Positions 1 to 9,421 of a DNA stretch of 31,816 nt are shown piece after piece. This DNA is from Campylobacterota bacterium. GTDB taxonomy: Bacteria; Campylobacterota; Campylobacteria; Campylobacterales; Sulfurimonadaceae. The notes under the pieces were generated by a model, which worked only from the letters and a program-made list of their open reading frames with translations, was not told where the DNA came from and ran no database searches. The DNA lies in the NCBI GenBank assembly GCA_034661055.1, contig JAYEKO010000076.1:1-31816 (forward strand), read 5' to 3'. Position 1 is the stretch's first letter, and every line of letters starts with the position of its first letter. A program made the position numbers and the translations under genes.

Positions 1-258
1 TTGGCATATAAACTTTTATTTGATGATAAAGTTACTAAAGATTTAAAGAATATTGATAGGTCTTGGCAAAAAAAGATTTTGGAAGCTATTAAAACAAAGT
101 TAATTAAAGATCCATATATAGGAAAAAAATTAGTTGGAGATCTATCTTCATATTACCGGTATAGAGTAAATGACTATAGAGTAATATATGAAATACTTGA
201 GGATGAGATTATCTTAGTAGTTATTAAAATAAAACATAGAAAAGACGTTTATAAATAA
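1..258 (+). CDS. Type II toxin, RelE/ParE family
   Basis: 85 aa basic protein with GKKLVGDLSSYYRYRVNDYRVIYEI and C-terminal IKHRKDVY, the RelE/StbE pattern. TTG start at the window edge. About 24% GC by hand count (61/258). No antitoxin in the window. Confidence 0.9.
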   Translation: MAYKLLFDDKVTKDLKNIDRSWQKKILEAIKTKLIKDPYIGKKLVGDLSSYYRYRVNDYRVIYEILEDEIILVVIKIKHRKDVYK

Positions 259-260
259 AA

Positions 261-493
261 ATGCTTCAAGTGATAAAACGGTACCAAAACCGGTCACTAA
301 ACTTCACTTAGTTTCCTATTTTTGAGGAAAAATCAAAATATATAACCCTTTATTTCCCGCTATTCCCAGCAACTATAGGAATAAATGGGTAATCATAATA
401 GACTCTAATTTTCACCTTATTTCTCCTATTTTAGGGGCTTTGCAGTACATTGTGCTTTTAGAGGTACCCTTTATTTAAATCCTACTGAAGCAT
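261..493. repeat. Repeat-rich intergenic region, possible end/att arm of an accessory element
   Basis: ATGCTTCA (261-268) / TGAAGCAT (486-493) inverted pair; GGTACC at 280 and 463; ACCCTTTATTT at 345 and 466; TCCTATTTT at 314 and 424; tandem CGGTACCAAAA / CGGTCACTAAA near 279-301. Confidence 0.4.
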
Positions 494-505
494 ATGCATA
501 TAACT

Positions 506-970
506 CTAAGAAGGACATCCACCAATATCACCAAAATCAGTACTACTGCCACCACCACTAATCATCGCTTCATTCTTCTTAATATTGTTGCCATTATGTA
601 TGACTGAATAGGTAATTTTCACACTATCACGTACGGTGTTTAGTGTAGAGCAGTAGGTCTCTAGTGATGCCATCACCCAACGTGCTGCTAATGTATCATC
701 AGCAGATGAGTTAAATGAAAAATCCAAATGCAATGTATCGAATTTACGTGGATGTTCATCAGCACGAACCACTTCACCATCAACACTAAGTTCTGTAACA
801 TCATACCCCTGTTTTTTAGGCATTACTATTAAATCAGTTGCACTACATGTAATGAGTCCACTTAAAAAATACTCAACTGGTGAGATAACAGGACAGTCAA
901 TAATAAAACTGCTTTTTGCTGTCTTAGCTTCAAATTTCATTCCATCTTGGTGGGTAATTGTCACTTTCAT
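506..970 (-). CDS. OsmC/Ohr (YhfA-like) family protein
   Basis: [17 protein letters not shown] and LETYCS two-Cys motifs; RADEHPRKF segment; start overlaps the argH stop. Confidence 0.85.
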   Translation of the reverse strand: MKVTITHQDGMKFEAKTAKSSFIIDCPVISPVEYFLSGLITCSATDLIVMPKKQGYDVTELSVDGEVVRADEHPRKFDTLHLDFSFNSSADDTLAARWVMASLETYCSTLNTVRDSVKITYSVIHNGNNIKKNEAMISGGGSSTDFGDIGGCPS

Positions 971-2355
971 AATACAAAGTCCTCTAAATAATTTTTAAAA
1001 TAGACAAGTTGTTCCATTGTACGAACCGTCGCTGTTCCTCCCTCTGAAGCTCGTGCATTCATAGAATTAACAAGCTGAAGCTTTGGCATGACACCCTCTT
1101 CTATTCGCTCATCAATAGCATGTAACTCTTCAAAACTAAGTTCGCTCATATCAATTCCTAGCTCTTCACACCTCGCTACTGCCTTACCGGTAATAAAATG
1201 AGCGGTTCGAAAAGGAATGTTGCAGTGAGCCACAAGATAATCTGCTAAATCAGTAGCGCTTAGATGCCCTTTTTTACATGCGGACTCCATGTTATCAGTT
1301 TTTACCTCCATGCTATTAAGTGCTTCACGTAAAATATTTAATGAGAGTTCAGCTGTATCAATACTGTCAAATACACCCTCTTTGTCTTCTTGTGTATCTT
1401 TATTATATGCAAGAGGAAGGCCTTTCATAACAGTTAAAAGAGATATTAAATTACCATTAACACGTCCTGTTTTACCACGCAGTAGTTCAGGAACATCAGG
1501 ATTTTTCTTCTGTGGCATAATAGATGAACCAGTTGCATACTCATCACTTAGCTCTACAAAACCAAATTCATAACTTGACCACATAATAATCTCTTCACTC
1601 AGACGTGAAATATGCATCATCATAGTTGAGACATTAAAAAGCATCTCTAAAGCAAAGTCACGATCACTTACGGTATCTAGACAGTTAACACTGACGCTGT
1701 CAAATCCTAACTCTTTAGCAGTCATTTTACGATCAACATTATGTGGTGTTCCCGCAAGTGCTGCACATCCAAGTGGTGATACATTATTTCGCTTAGCACT
1801 CTGTTTAAAACGCTCAATATCACGCTTAAACATTGAAGCATATGCTAACATATGAAATCCAAAATTAATTGGTTGAGCATGTTGCAGGTGTGTCATTCCA
1901 GGAATAAGCGCATGGGTGTACTTTGAAGCGATTTCAACAATGACTTCCATTAGCTCTTGAATAAGCTGTGCAATCTCAACATTTTTGCGAATAACATAAC
2001 GTCTGAAATCCACGGCAACTTGATCATTTCGACTACGAGCAGTGTGTAATTTACCACCAGCTTCTCCAATAATAGCTGTAAGACGTTTCTCAATTGCCAT
2101 ATGTAGATCTTCATCACTAATATTCCACTCAAACTTTTCACTCTCAACCTCACCCATAACCTGAGCCATACCCTCTTTAATAGCGGTTAACTCATCTACT
2201 GTTAAAATACCCTGAGCCTGAAGCATTGTAGCGTGAGCAATTGAGCCCTCTATATCTTCACGATAGAGTCGTCTATCGTACATAATTGACGCATTAAATT
2301 CATCTAAAAGTGATGATGCACTCTGTTTAAAGCGACCTGACCACATCTTTTCCAT
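967..2355 (-). CDS. argH: Argininosuccinate lyase
   Basis: MWSGRF N-terminus, [35 protein letters not shown] signature, PLAYNKD. Confidence 0.98.
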   Translation of the reverse strand: MEKMWSGRFKQSASSLLDEFNASIMYDRRLYREDIEGSIAHATMLQAQGILTVDELTAIKEGMAQVMGEVESEKFEWNISDEDLHMAIEKRLTAIIGEAGGKLHTARSRNDQVAVDFRRYVIRKNVEIAQLIQELMEVIVEIASKYTHALIPGMTHLQHAQPINFGFHMLAYASMFKRDIERFKQSAKRNNVSPLGCAALAGTPHNVDRKMTAKELGFDSVSVNCLDTVSDRDFALEMLFNVSTMMMHISRLSEEIIMWSSYEFGFVELSDEYATGSSIMPQKKNPDVPELLRGKTGRVNGNLISLLTVMKGLPLAYNKDTQEDKEGVFDSIDTAELSLNILREALNSMEVKTDNMESACKKGHLSATDLADYLVAHCNIPFRTAHFITGKAVARCEELGIDMSELSFEELHAIDERIEEGVMPKLQLVNSMNARASEGGTATVRTMEQLVYFKNYLEDFVL

Positions 2356-2391
2356 ATATTTATCCTATATTATTCTAAAAAAAAGTTTGTT

Positions 2392-2397
2392 ATTTTA
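2392..2397 (-). promoter_or_regulatory. Putative sigma70 -10 box (TAAAAT) for argH-osmC
   Basis: gTAAAAT on the minus strand about 37 bp upstream of the ATG, with an AGGA RBS between. Confidence 0.5.
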
Positions 2398-2461
2398 CCC
2401 TAACTTGGAGAATGTTAAGTATCTGAAATACTAACATCTAGAGATTTATAGTTGGTTAAAC

Positions 2462-2485
2462 CAGTGACGCCAACCAACGTCACTG
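2462..2485 (-). terminator. Stem-loop downstream of the porin gene
   Basis: CAGTGACG...CGTCACTG 8-bp stem, extendable by G-U pairs on the minus strand; weak U tract. Confidence 0.5.
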
Positions 2486-2532
2486 TTACATCTAAGTAGC
2501 GGAACAAAAATAACTTCATAGTTCAACAGCAT

Positions 2533-3900
2533 TTAAAACTTAATCCCACCAATAAGACGAAGAGACGAGATGCCTGGTTCATTATCTAAGTCTACATACT
2601 CATAAGTGCCTGTAAAATAAGTACTGTTGGTACCGTTATAGCTAAGTCTAACACCGTACATACTCATCGAATCCTGTGGTGCTCCTGCTACTGTTGTTGA
2701 CTTAGAAGCGTCTAAGTCCCAAAATGTGTAACGTGCACTTATGCCTAGCCCATCCATAATGTCATAAGCTAGCTGTGTCTTATATGAAGCTGCGTTTTGA
2801 AGTGTTCCTGCTTCAAAGAAGTGAAATATCATACCATTAGCAAAGTAAGGATACCCACCCCATGCACCAAGTGTCTCTCCTTGACCTTCGCCATCACTAT
2901 ATTTTGCAGCACCAGTTGCAAAACTAATACCATTATTAAAAGCACCGTCAAAACGTACAGAGTATAGACTGTAATCGATATGATTTGTTCTTGCTTTATT
3001 ATCTGCAAGCTTTCCAATCTCTTTCCAATTTATAAACTGTGCTCCAAGAGTATAAGAGAAACTGTCTGTAGTACCTTTGTAGTCATATTGCGCAAAAAGC
3101 ATATTATATAAGTCTGTTGCGTAATATTCCCAAAGCTGAATATTATGTGTTGTGTCACTATATTGATACGAACCAAAAAGCACACCAGCATCATCGGCAT
3201 TGTCTTTATCTTGTTGACTTACAAAGCTTGCATCTGACATGGAGTGAAACTCTGTACCGTTAGCACCACTATCCCAGACACCTGCCATCTTATGAAAATA
3301 TCCTAGGTTAAAAGTACTATGTTCTAACATAGAATTTTCGTAATAGGCAAGTTCAAAACTATTTGCCAACATATACCAATCATCCGCATCAATCATTGGT
3401 GTTGTTAGTTCTTCACGACCAATCAACGCTCTGTTTCCATTTTGATTGTATTGTAGATATAATTCTTGTACTATCATGTATGACTCTAAATCATTAGCAT
3501 CAAATACAAAATTTCGACTCTCATATTTAGGGTCATTAATACCAAAATCTGTGGCAGCAGCCCCAGTAAGTTTACCTGAAATACCAGCCCACTCAGGTGA
3601 GGTAATAGAGAGCTTTGGTATAACATAAAAACCTCTTGAGTTGGTATGTCCTCTATTTATATTATGGTCATTTTCAGCTCCTGGAGGGTTGCTATAGTCA
3701 TACTCTAGCCAGCCTGAACGCAGGTCACCTGTAAGTAACCAATTATATCCCAAGTGGTAACCTTTTCCTTCCACATAACCTTTTTCAAACGTATGATCTT
3801 GTGAAATATTGTCTTTTTGAAGCGTCTCATTGGCTGATGTATTAGAGAAGTTCAATACAACAAGCGTGGCTACAGATAATGTAATTTTAAATATTTTCAT
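2533..3900 (-). CDS. Outer-membrane porin, OprD-like (Campylobacterota type)
   Basis: Signal peptide, ELYLQY...IGREELTTPMIDADDWYMLANSFE segment, aromatic-rich beta strands, C-terminal Phe. Confidence 0.85.
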   Translation of the reverse strand: MKIFKITLSVATLVVLNFSNTSANETLQKDNISQDHTFEKGYVEGKGYHLGYNWLLTGDLRSGWLEYDYSNPPGAENDHNINRGHTNSRGFYVIPKLSITSPEWAGISGKLTGAAATDFGINDPKYESRNFVFDANDLESYMIVQELYLQYNQNGNRALIGREELTTPMIDADDWYMLANSFELAYYENSMLEHSTFNLGYFHKMAGVWDSGANGTEFHSMSDASFVSQQDKDNADDAGVLFGSYQYSDTTHNIQLWEYYATDLYNMLFAQYDYKGTTDSFSYTLGAQFINWKEIGKLADNKARTNHIDYSLYSVRFDGAFNNGISFATGAAKYSDGEGQGETLGAWGGYPYFANGMIFHFFEAGTLQNAASYKTQLAYDIMDGLGISARYTFWDLDASKSTTVAGAPQDSMSMYGVRLSYNGTNSTYFTGTYEYVDLDNEPGISSLRLIGGIKF

Positions 3901-3909
3901 AAAAACTCC

Positions 3910-4977
3910 CTATTGAGCATATGGATTAAGGTTCAACTGCTCAATAATATAAGTTGCAGCCTTTTGTCCACGGACACTATTGCCGTACCTATCAAGAGGA
4001 GGAGAGACAACACCAATAGCCAGTTTTCCTGGAATGACTGCTAAAATACCTCCTCCAACACCACTTTTTGCTGGAGCTCCTGTTGCATAAAGCCAATCAC
4101 CAGCATTATCATAGAGTCCTGCAGTTGCCATAACGGCCAAAAGTTTAGGGACGTGCTCTGTATTGAGAACTCTTTTTTTTGTTATGGGGTTAACACCGTG
4201 ATTTGCAAGTGTTGCTCCCATCATCCCTAGATCATGTGCTGCAACATTTACAGAACACTGCTTTGTGTAAACTGTCGTTGCTTCAAGAGGATCAGAACCC
4301 ATTAAATTATTAGCGTCAAGAAGTTTTGAAATAGCTTGATTGCTTTTATTGTCATTAACTTCAGAGACATAAACTTTCTCGTTAAATGGCAACTTACGAC
4401 CCGCAAAATCATCCATATTCCCTTTGATTTTATCCCAGCGCTCTTTAGAGTTTTTTGCCTCTACCCAACTAGTACTCTGAATAGCACCGGCATTTACAAA
4501 CGGGTTACTAGCCGTTCGTCCATGAAGTTCAATAGCAATAACAGAGTTAAAGGCAAGACCAGTAGCATTAACTCCTATCTTTTCTTGCACAAACTTACTC
4601 CCTTTTTCCTGCATCACTTTTGCAGCTGTAAATACCTTTGAAATAGATTGAATAGAGACTGCAGCTGTGGTATCACCTGCTTCATAAACCTTTCCATCAG
4701 CAGTTACAATTGAGATACCAAAGATTTTAGGATCGACAACTGCCAACTCCTTAATATAATCAGCATTCTTGCCACCATTATCGTCTTTAAACTTATTATA
4801 GGCATCATTAAGTACCTTATTAATTTGTGATTCAGAATGTAGATGGGTCTGTGTTAAAGCGCTTGTATCTTTAGCATAAACTGCAACATTGAATAGATAA
4901 AAGAGAGAGAGTGCTATCGCACCAATTTGAATAAGCTTTTTAGCTTTTATATTAAACATATAACTAGTTAACCTCAT
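3910..4977 (-). CDS. glsA: Glutaminase with predicted Sec signal peptide
   Basis: ADYIKELA, catalytic SIQSISK (SxxK), NPFVNAGAI, PAKSGVGGGILAV, SPPLDRYGNSVRG. N-terminal basic-hydrophobic-AVYA signal. AGGAG RBS. Confidence 0.95.
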   Translation of the reverse strand: MRLTSYMFNIKAKKLIQIGAIALSLFYLFNVAVYAKDTSALTQTHLHSESQINKVLNDAYNKFKDDNGGKNADYIKELAVVDPKIFGISIVTADGKVYEAGDTTAAVSIQSISKVFTAAKVMQEKGSKFVQEKIGVNATGLAFNSVIAIELHGRTASNPFVNAGAIQSTSWVEAKNSKERWDKIKGNMDDFAGRKLPFNEKVYVSEVNDNKSNQAISKLLDANNLMGSDPLEATTVYTKQCSVNVAAHDLGMMGATLANHGVNPITKKRVLNTEHVPKLLAVMATAGLYDNAGDWLYATGAPAKSGVGGGILAVIPGKLAIGVVSPPLDRYGNSVRGQKAATYIIEQLNLNPYAQ

Positions 4978-5010
4978 GAAGAACTCCTGTGTATTATATT
5001 AAGAGCTCTA

Positions 5011-5019
5011 ATTTTATCA
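5011..5019 (-). promoter_or_regulatory. Extended -10 promoter (TGaTAAAAT) for glutaminase-porin
   Basis: Matches the TGnTAAAAT consensus about 34 bp upstream of the glsA ATG. Confidence 0.55.
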
Positions 5020-5025
5020 TAATTT

Positions 5026-5361
5026 TTAATTACATGCAGGTACATTACCGCTATCTTCAGCGTATTGAACCATAAAGTCTTTGAAGTGTTTTGATTTTTT
5101 AGCATAACGGCTTCCTGTAAAGTACTCTACAGACTCCTTTGCCTTTTCGTTATTTACATGTAAATCAGCAAGACCTTTTCCTTTGTTTACCAAAAGAACT
5201 GTCCATTCACTAATGGTTTTAGAAGCTGCTACTGCTTGACCACCACCATGGCATGAGCGACATTTCTTCTTATACTCCTTTTGTCCCTTGTAAGACTTAG
5301 CATCCACACAAGAGTAAAAGATCATATTAAAAGTAAAAATTGTTAATAGAATTTTATGCAT
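5026..5361 (-). CDS. Periplasmic monoheme cytochrome c
   Basis: Signal peptide; KGQKEYKKKCRSCHG (CxxCH); C-terminal DSGNVPAC. Confidence 0.85.
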   Translation of the reverse strand: MHKILLTIFTFNMIFYSCVDAKSYKGQKEYKKKCRSCHGGGQAVAASKTISEWTVLLVNKGKGLADLHVNNEKAKESVEYFTGSRYAKKSKHFKDFMVQYAEDSGNVPACN

Positions 5362-5422
5362 TTAAAACCTTAATAAATAATTTAAAGAGATGTTACATCA
5401 ACTTTCATAATATAATACTTAA

Positions 5423-7237
5423 TTATATTTGCATCTGATTTTCTATCTCACTGTTTAAATCCCAAAGACCTCTTTTTTTAAGGTCATCAAGAACACTTTG
5501 AGTACACTCAACATCATCAGGCCATCTACGTTTAAAACCATCAACATCACCTTTGTTAGTGGCATCTACATAGATAACATCATCTATAATCTCAATATCA
5601 CGTCCCGCATCAATATTATTAACTACACGCCACACTAACATGTATGCATTATTAACATCATTCTTTTCACTATCGACAAAAACTAAAATCTTTAAATGTT
5701 TTTGCAGTAGTTTTATAGCTTTATAGTACTCTTTTACTGGACGCATCTTATTAACAAGTACTACTGATATTGGATTTTTAGTGTCACTTTTGTACTGTTT
5801 TAACGCACTGGCTTCTGGAACTACTTTTTTTAATTCTTCAAAAAGCTTTTCATTACTTAGTGGCGCTATCTCTCTAATATCATCGTTAGGTGATGTCGCA
5901 TCAACCCCTAATTTACCACCAACTAACTCTTCTGGACTCGAATGATCAAGAGCATCGGTAATGCCCTCAGAAATAAAAAGACGTGAGAGATTAAAACGAT
6001 TTAAAATATAGCTGCTTAACGCTTCATAATCGGTGAGTTCTGGTCCCTTCTCATCAATAAAGAGAGCATGTTTAACAAAGCTCATCTGTCCGGCACCCCA
6101 AAAAACGTGCATAAACTGTTTTGCGTGCCCTTTATAGTGTGGTTTCATCTTTGCAAAAATAAGGTTATGAAACACCCCATTTTCTGGCATATGATAATCA
6201 ATTAAATCTGGTGCCGTTGTCTTTAAAAGTGGCAAGAAAATACGTTCTGTAGGCCAACCCATGTACTTATCTTCAAGTGGTGGTTTACCTACTACTGTTG
6301 CCAAAAACACTGGGTCATATTTATGAGAGATTGCGGTCACTTCCATACATGGATAAGGCTCTTCAAGAGTGTAGTAACCCGTATGGTCACCAAATGGTCC
6401 CTCAATTTTCATCTCATTAGGATCTACTAAACCTTCAATAACAAAATCAACGCCATCAGGAATGTAGATATCATTTGTTAATGACTTTACAAGACGAGCA
6501 TTCTGTTTTTTAACAAAGCCGTAAAGCAGCAGTTCGTTTACACCGTAAGGAAGTGGTGCTGTAGCACACCAAGTGTAGAGTGGATCGCCACCAATTCCAA
6601 TACTTACCGGCATTTTTTTACCAGCTTTTTTGTATTGATCAAAAAAGTGTGATGCATCTTTATGAATTTGCCAGTGCATTCCCAAATGATTTTTATCATA
6701 TACTTGAAGACGGTACATTCCTAGATTAGCAAGTGTTCCATCTAAACTCTGCGTATAGACCTGTCCCATGGTAATAAAAGGTCCTCCATCTTGCTCCCAT
6801 GTTGTAAGAACCGGCAGATCATACAGATTAACATCTTCATTTTTATGTACAACCTGTTGACACTCCCCTTTGCCTTCCATGCGCTTAGGAAAGACATTTT
6901 TAAGTGCAAAGAGATTACCTAGCATTCCTACCTTGTCCATAAATGAGTTAGGTGGCTTCATATGAAGTAAGTTTTCAATATCTGAAGCGACTTCTTCAAT
7001 ATCACGTCCAAAGAGAAGTTTTGTCTGCTCATACGAAGCATAAACATTCATTAAAACAGGAGTATCAAATATTTTGTCATTTTTTTTATCGATTGGATGC
7101 GTAAACAGAAGTGCTCGTGCGTAAGGTTTTTTAATCTCAGCATAAGCAATGTGAGGAATTTCTAGATAGATATCTAAGGGTTCATCAATGACCCTTAGCA
7201 TATCGTTATTTTTAAGTAACTCAATAGTGGCTTTCAT
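5423..7237 (-). CDS. UbiD-family decarboxylase, menaquinone (futalosine) pathway type
   Basis: NLGMYRLQV, MHWQIHKD, EGPFGDHTGYY, VVGKPPLED; about 600 aa with the C-terminal extension of the menaquinone-biosynthesis subfamily. Confidence 0.9.
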   Translation of the reverse strand: MKATIELLKNNDMLRVIDEPLDIYLEIPHIAYAEIKKPYARALLFTHPIDKKNDKIFDTPVLMNVYASYEQTKLLFGRDIEEVASDIENLLHMKPPNSFMDKVGMLGNLFALKNVFPKRMEGKGECQQVVHKNEDVNLYDLPVLTTWEQDGGPFITMGQVYTQSLDGTLANLGMYRLQVYDKNHLGMHWQIHKDASHFFDQYKKAGKKMPVSIGIGGDPLYTWCATAPLPYGVNELLLYGFVKKQNARLVKSLTNDIYIPDGVDFVIEGLVDPNEMKIEGPFGDHTGYYTLEEPYPCMEVTAISHKYDPVFLATVVGKPPLEDKYMGWPTERIFLPLLKTTAPDLIDYHMPENGVFHNLIFAKMKPHYKGHAKQFMHVFWGAGQMSFVKHALFIDEKGPELTDYEALSSYILNRFNLSRLFISEGITDALDHSSPEELVGGKLGVDATSPNDDIREIAPLSNEKLFEELKKVVPEASALKQYKSDTKNPISVVLVNKMRPVKEYYKAIKLLQKHLKILVFVDSEKNDVNNAYMLVWRVVNNIDAGRDIEIIDDVIYVDATNKGDVDGFKRRWPDDVECTQSVLDDLKKRGLWDLNSEIENQMQI

Positions 7238-7254
7238 TGATGCCCTTTTGGAAA

Positions 7255-8202
7255 TTATTTTTCTTGTGATGCTTCTTTATCGGCACGTTCAAGCAGTTCT
7301 CTTGCGCCTTGATCTATTAGTCGTTGTGCCATCTCAGAGCCTAGTTTTAAGTACTCTTCTTTTTTACCTATTTTAGTCTCACCAAGAACTTCATTGCCAC
7401 TTGGCAGACCTAGAAGTGACTGAACAATAACATCTCCATTGTCACATACATTAGCATTAACACCAATTGGCACATGACATCCACCCTCTAATAGTTCAAC
7501 AAAATCACGTTCAATCGTTGTCTCAATTCGGCTAGATTCATCTTCTAAACGTGCTGCAATAGCCACAACTTCAGGATCATTAATAGCTTCAATACCTAAA
7601 GCACCCTGTCCCATAGAGGGAATCATCTCATTAAGTGAAATCGGGTAGAAATATTCAACTAAGCCAGAAAAACCTAAACGGTTAATTCCCGCAGCTGCTA
7701 AAATAATGGCATCAAACTCACCCTCTTTTAACTTACGAATACGGGTATCAACATTACCGCGTAGATCTTTAATAATCAAATCAGGTCGAAGACGCGCTAA
7801 CTGCATTCTACGACGTAGTGATGATGTACCAACTACTGCACCTTGAGGAAGAGCATCAATATTCTCATATTTTTCACTCAATAGTGCATCACGCACATCT
7901 TCACGCTCAGTAATAGCTGCAAGAGTAAACCCTTCAGGCATTACAGCAGGAACATCTTTAAGAGAGTGAACTGCAATATGTGCTTCACCCCGTAGCATAG
8001 CCTCTTCAAGCTCTTTTAAGAAGAGTCCCTTTCCACCTATTTTAGAGAGTGAAACATCAAGAACTTTATCACCAGTTGTAATAATAACATTGAGTTCAAC
8101 TTCAAGACCAGGGTTCTGTTCTTCTAAAACTTCTTTAATATGTTCTGATTGCCAGAGAGCAAGCTTGCTTCCTCGTGTTGCAATAATGAGTTTTTTCATC
8201 AA
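7255..8202 (-). CDS. hemC: Porphobilinogen deaminase
   Basis: IATRGSKLALWQ, GKGLFLKELE, AVHSLKDVP, GTSSLRR, LRGNVDTR, GGCHVPIG. Start may be 8199. Confidence 0.98.
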   Translation of the reverse strand: MMKKLIIATRGSKLALWQSEHIKEVLEEQNPGLEVELNVIITTGDKVLDVSLSKIGGKGLFLKELEEAMLRGEAHIAVHSLKDVPAVMPEGFTLAAITEREDVRDALLSEKYENIDALPQGAVVGTSSLRRRMQLARLRPDLIIKDLRGNVDTRIRKLKEGEFDAIILAAAGINRLGFSGLVEYFYPISLNEMIPSMGQGALGIEAINDPEVVAIAARLEDESSRIETTIERDFVELLEGGCHVPIGVNANVCDNGDVIVQSLLGLPSGNEVLGETKIGKKEEYLKLGSEMAQRLIDQGARELLERADKEASQEK

Positions 8203-9045
8203 CTATTTGACCTTTACTTCTCTATATTTTTTCTTTGAACCATCTTTTTTTCCATCAAAAAACATTGTTGGAGTTCCACTGACCATCATGGTTCGCGCTA
8301 CTTCTAAATCATGTTTAGAGTGTGCTTTAACTTCTTTAGTGTGAATATCTTTAACAGTAATTTTTGTTCCAGCTGCTTTATTGAATGCATCTACAATTTT
8401 CTGTTCATCTTTTTCACGTGTACCAATTTTTGTCTTATACATCTTGAGCGTAATATCTTTTTCACCTTTAAGTTCTGCAGCAATAGCAGCTTTAGTGATT
8501 TGAAGTGCCGCAGGATGCATTGATACTAATGGAAAGTGGTAGTAGTAAACTGCAAATGTCTCAGGATATTTTTTCATGTAATTAACTGATTCAGGAACAA
8601 ATTTAGTACAGTATGGACACTGTGGATCTGAAAATATAACAACTTTATGTTTTGATGTTGCAGAACCTGAGATAAGGTGTTTTTTATCATAAAATTCAGC
8701 TTTAAATGCAGGAGTAATCGTGTTTTTCAGATGCTCTCCTGTGCTCATGTCAATAAGCTCAGCAGTAATGATGTCATCTTTGGCAAAATAGATCATGTTT
8801 TGCGAAACTGGACGCTCACTCTTACCCTGTTTTACAACAGCATCTAAACTAAGAATAAAAGCATCCCACCCTTTTGGACTAGGCATTTCTCTTTTTTCTA
8901 GAACTTTAATATTTAAAGACTTAATATTTGGATTTTTACCAAGGCTCTCTTTTAAAAAATCTTCAACTTCTGTGTTTGTTGCGCTCATCAATGTCGAGCT
9001 CAAGAGTGCTGTCGCTGTTAATAATTTCCACGTCAATGACATCAT
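8203..9045 (-). CDS. Periplasmic thioredoxin-fold disulfide oxidoreductase/isomerase (DsbA/DsbC-like)
   Basis: FSDPQCPYC, HFPL, VSGTPT cis-Pro loop. Start moved to ATG 9045 (or 9042), which follows an AAGGA RBS and begins a signal peptide. Confidence 0.85.
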   Translation of the reverse strand: MMSLTWKLLTATALLSSTLMSATNTEVEDFLKESLGKNPNIKSLNIKVLEKREMPSPKGWDAFILSLDAVVKQGKSERPVSQNMIYFAKDDIITAELIDMSTGEHLKNTITPAFKAEFYDKKHLISGSATSKHKVVIFSDPQCPYCTKFVPESVNYMKKYPETFAVYYYHFPLVSMHPAALQITKAAIAAELKGEKDITLKMYKTKIGTREKDEQKIVDAFNKAAGTKITVKDIHTKEVKAHSKHDLEVARTMMVSGTPTMFFDGKKDGSKKKYREVKVK

Positions 9046-9421
9046 TATTTTCCTTTTTATAATTATGTGTATTACTACTTTTAGGAGTGTATTTTGCCGC
9101 AAAACGGTTAACCAATATACTCACAAAAACGCTAAACTGCATGAGCACACCGATGATGTCCGTCAAAAACCCGGGTAAAATCAGTAAAAATGCTCCAAAG
9201 ATGGTAAAGAGGTTTAACTCCTGAAAACGCCTCAGGTCAATCTGCTGATCAGACACAGAGCGAAGATTTTGAATCAGTGTTGTACGAAAATTTACCAGCA
9301 AAATAATACCTACAGCTGCAGAAAAAATAAGCTCAAAGAATGTGTAAACTCCCCCAATAACTGAAGAGATATTAGTTGAGATTACTACCTCTAAAAAAAG
9401 ATAAATAAGAAAATAAATCAC
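8963..9421 (-). CDS. fxsA: FxsA family membrane protein
   Basis: Hydrophobic helices, [16 protein letters not shown] signature, VIDVEII acidic tail. Confidence 0.85.
   Translation of the reverse strand: MIYFLIYLFLEVVISTNISSVIGGVYTFFELIFSAAVGIILLVNFRTTLIQNLRSVSDQQIDLRRFQELNLFTIFGAFLLILPGFLTDIIGVLMQFSVFVSILVNRFAAKYTPKSSNTHNYKKENNDVIDVEIINSDSTLELDIDERNKHRS

Noticed and set aside
259..505. Integron attC, Tn7 end or difH site after relE
   Set aside because: No convincing RYYYAAC...GTTRRRY box pairing, no clear TGT/ACA terminus with target duplication, and no difH-like match that I could recognise. Kept only as an unassigned repeat region.
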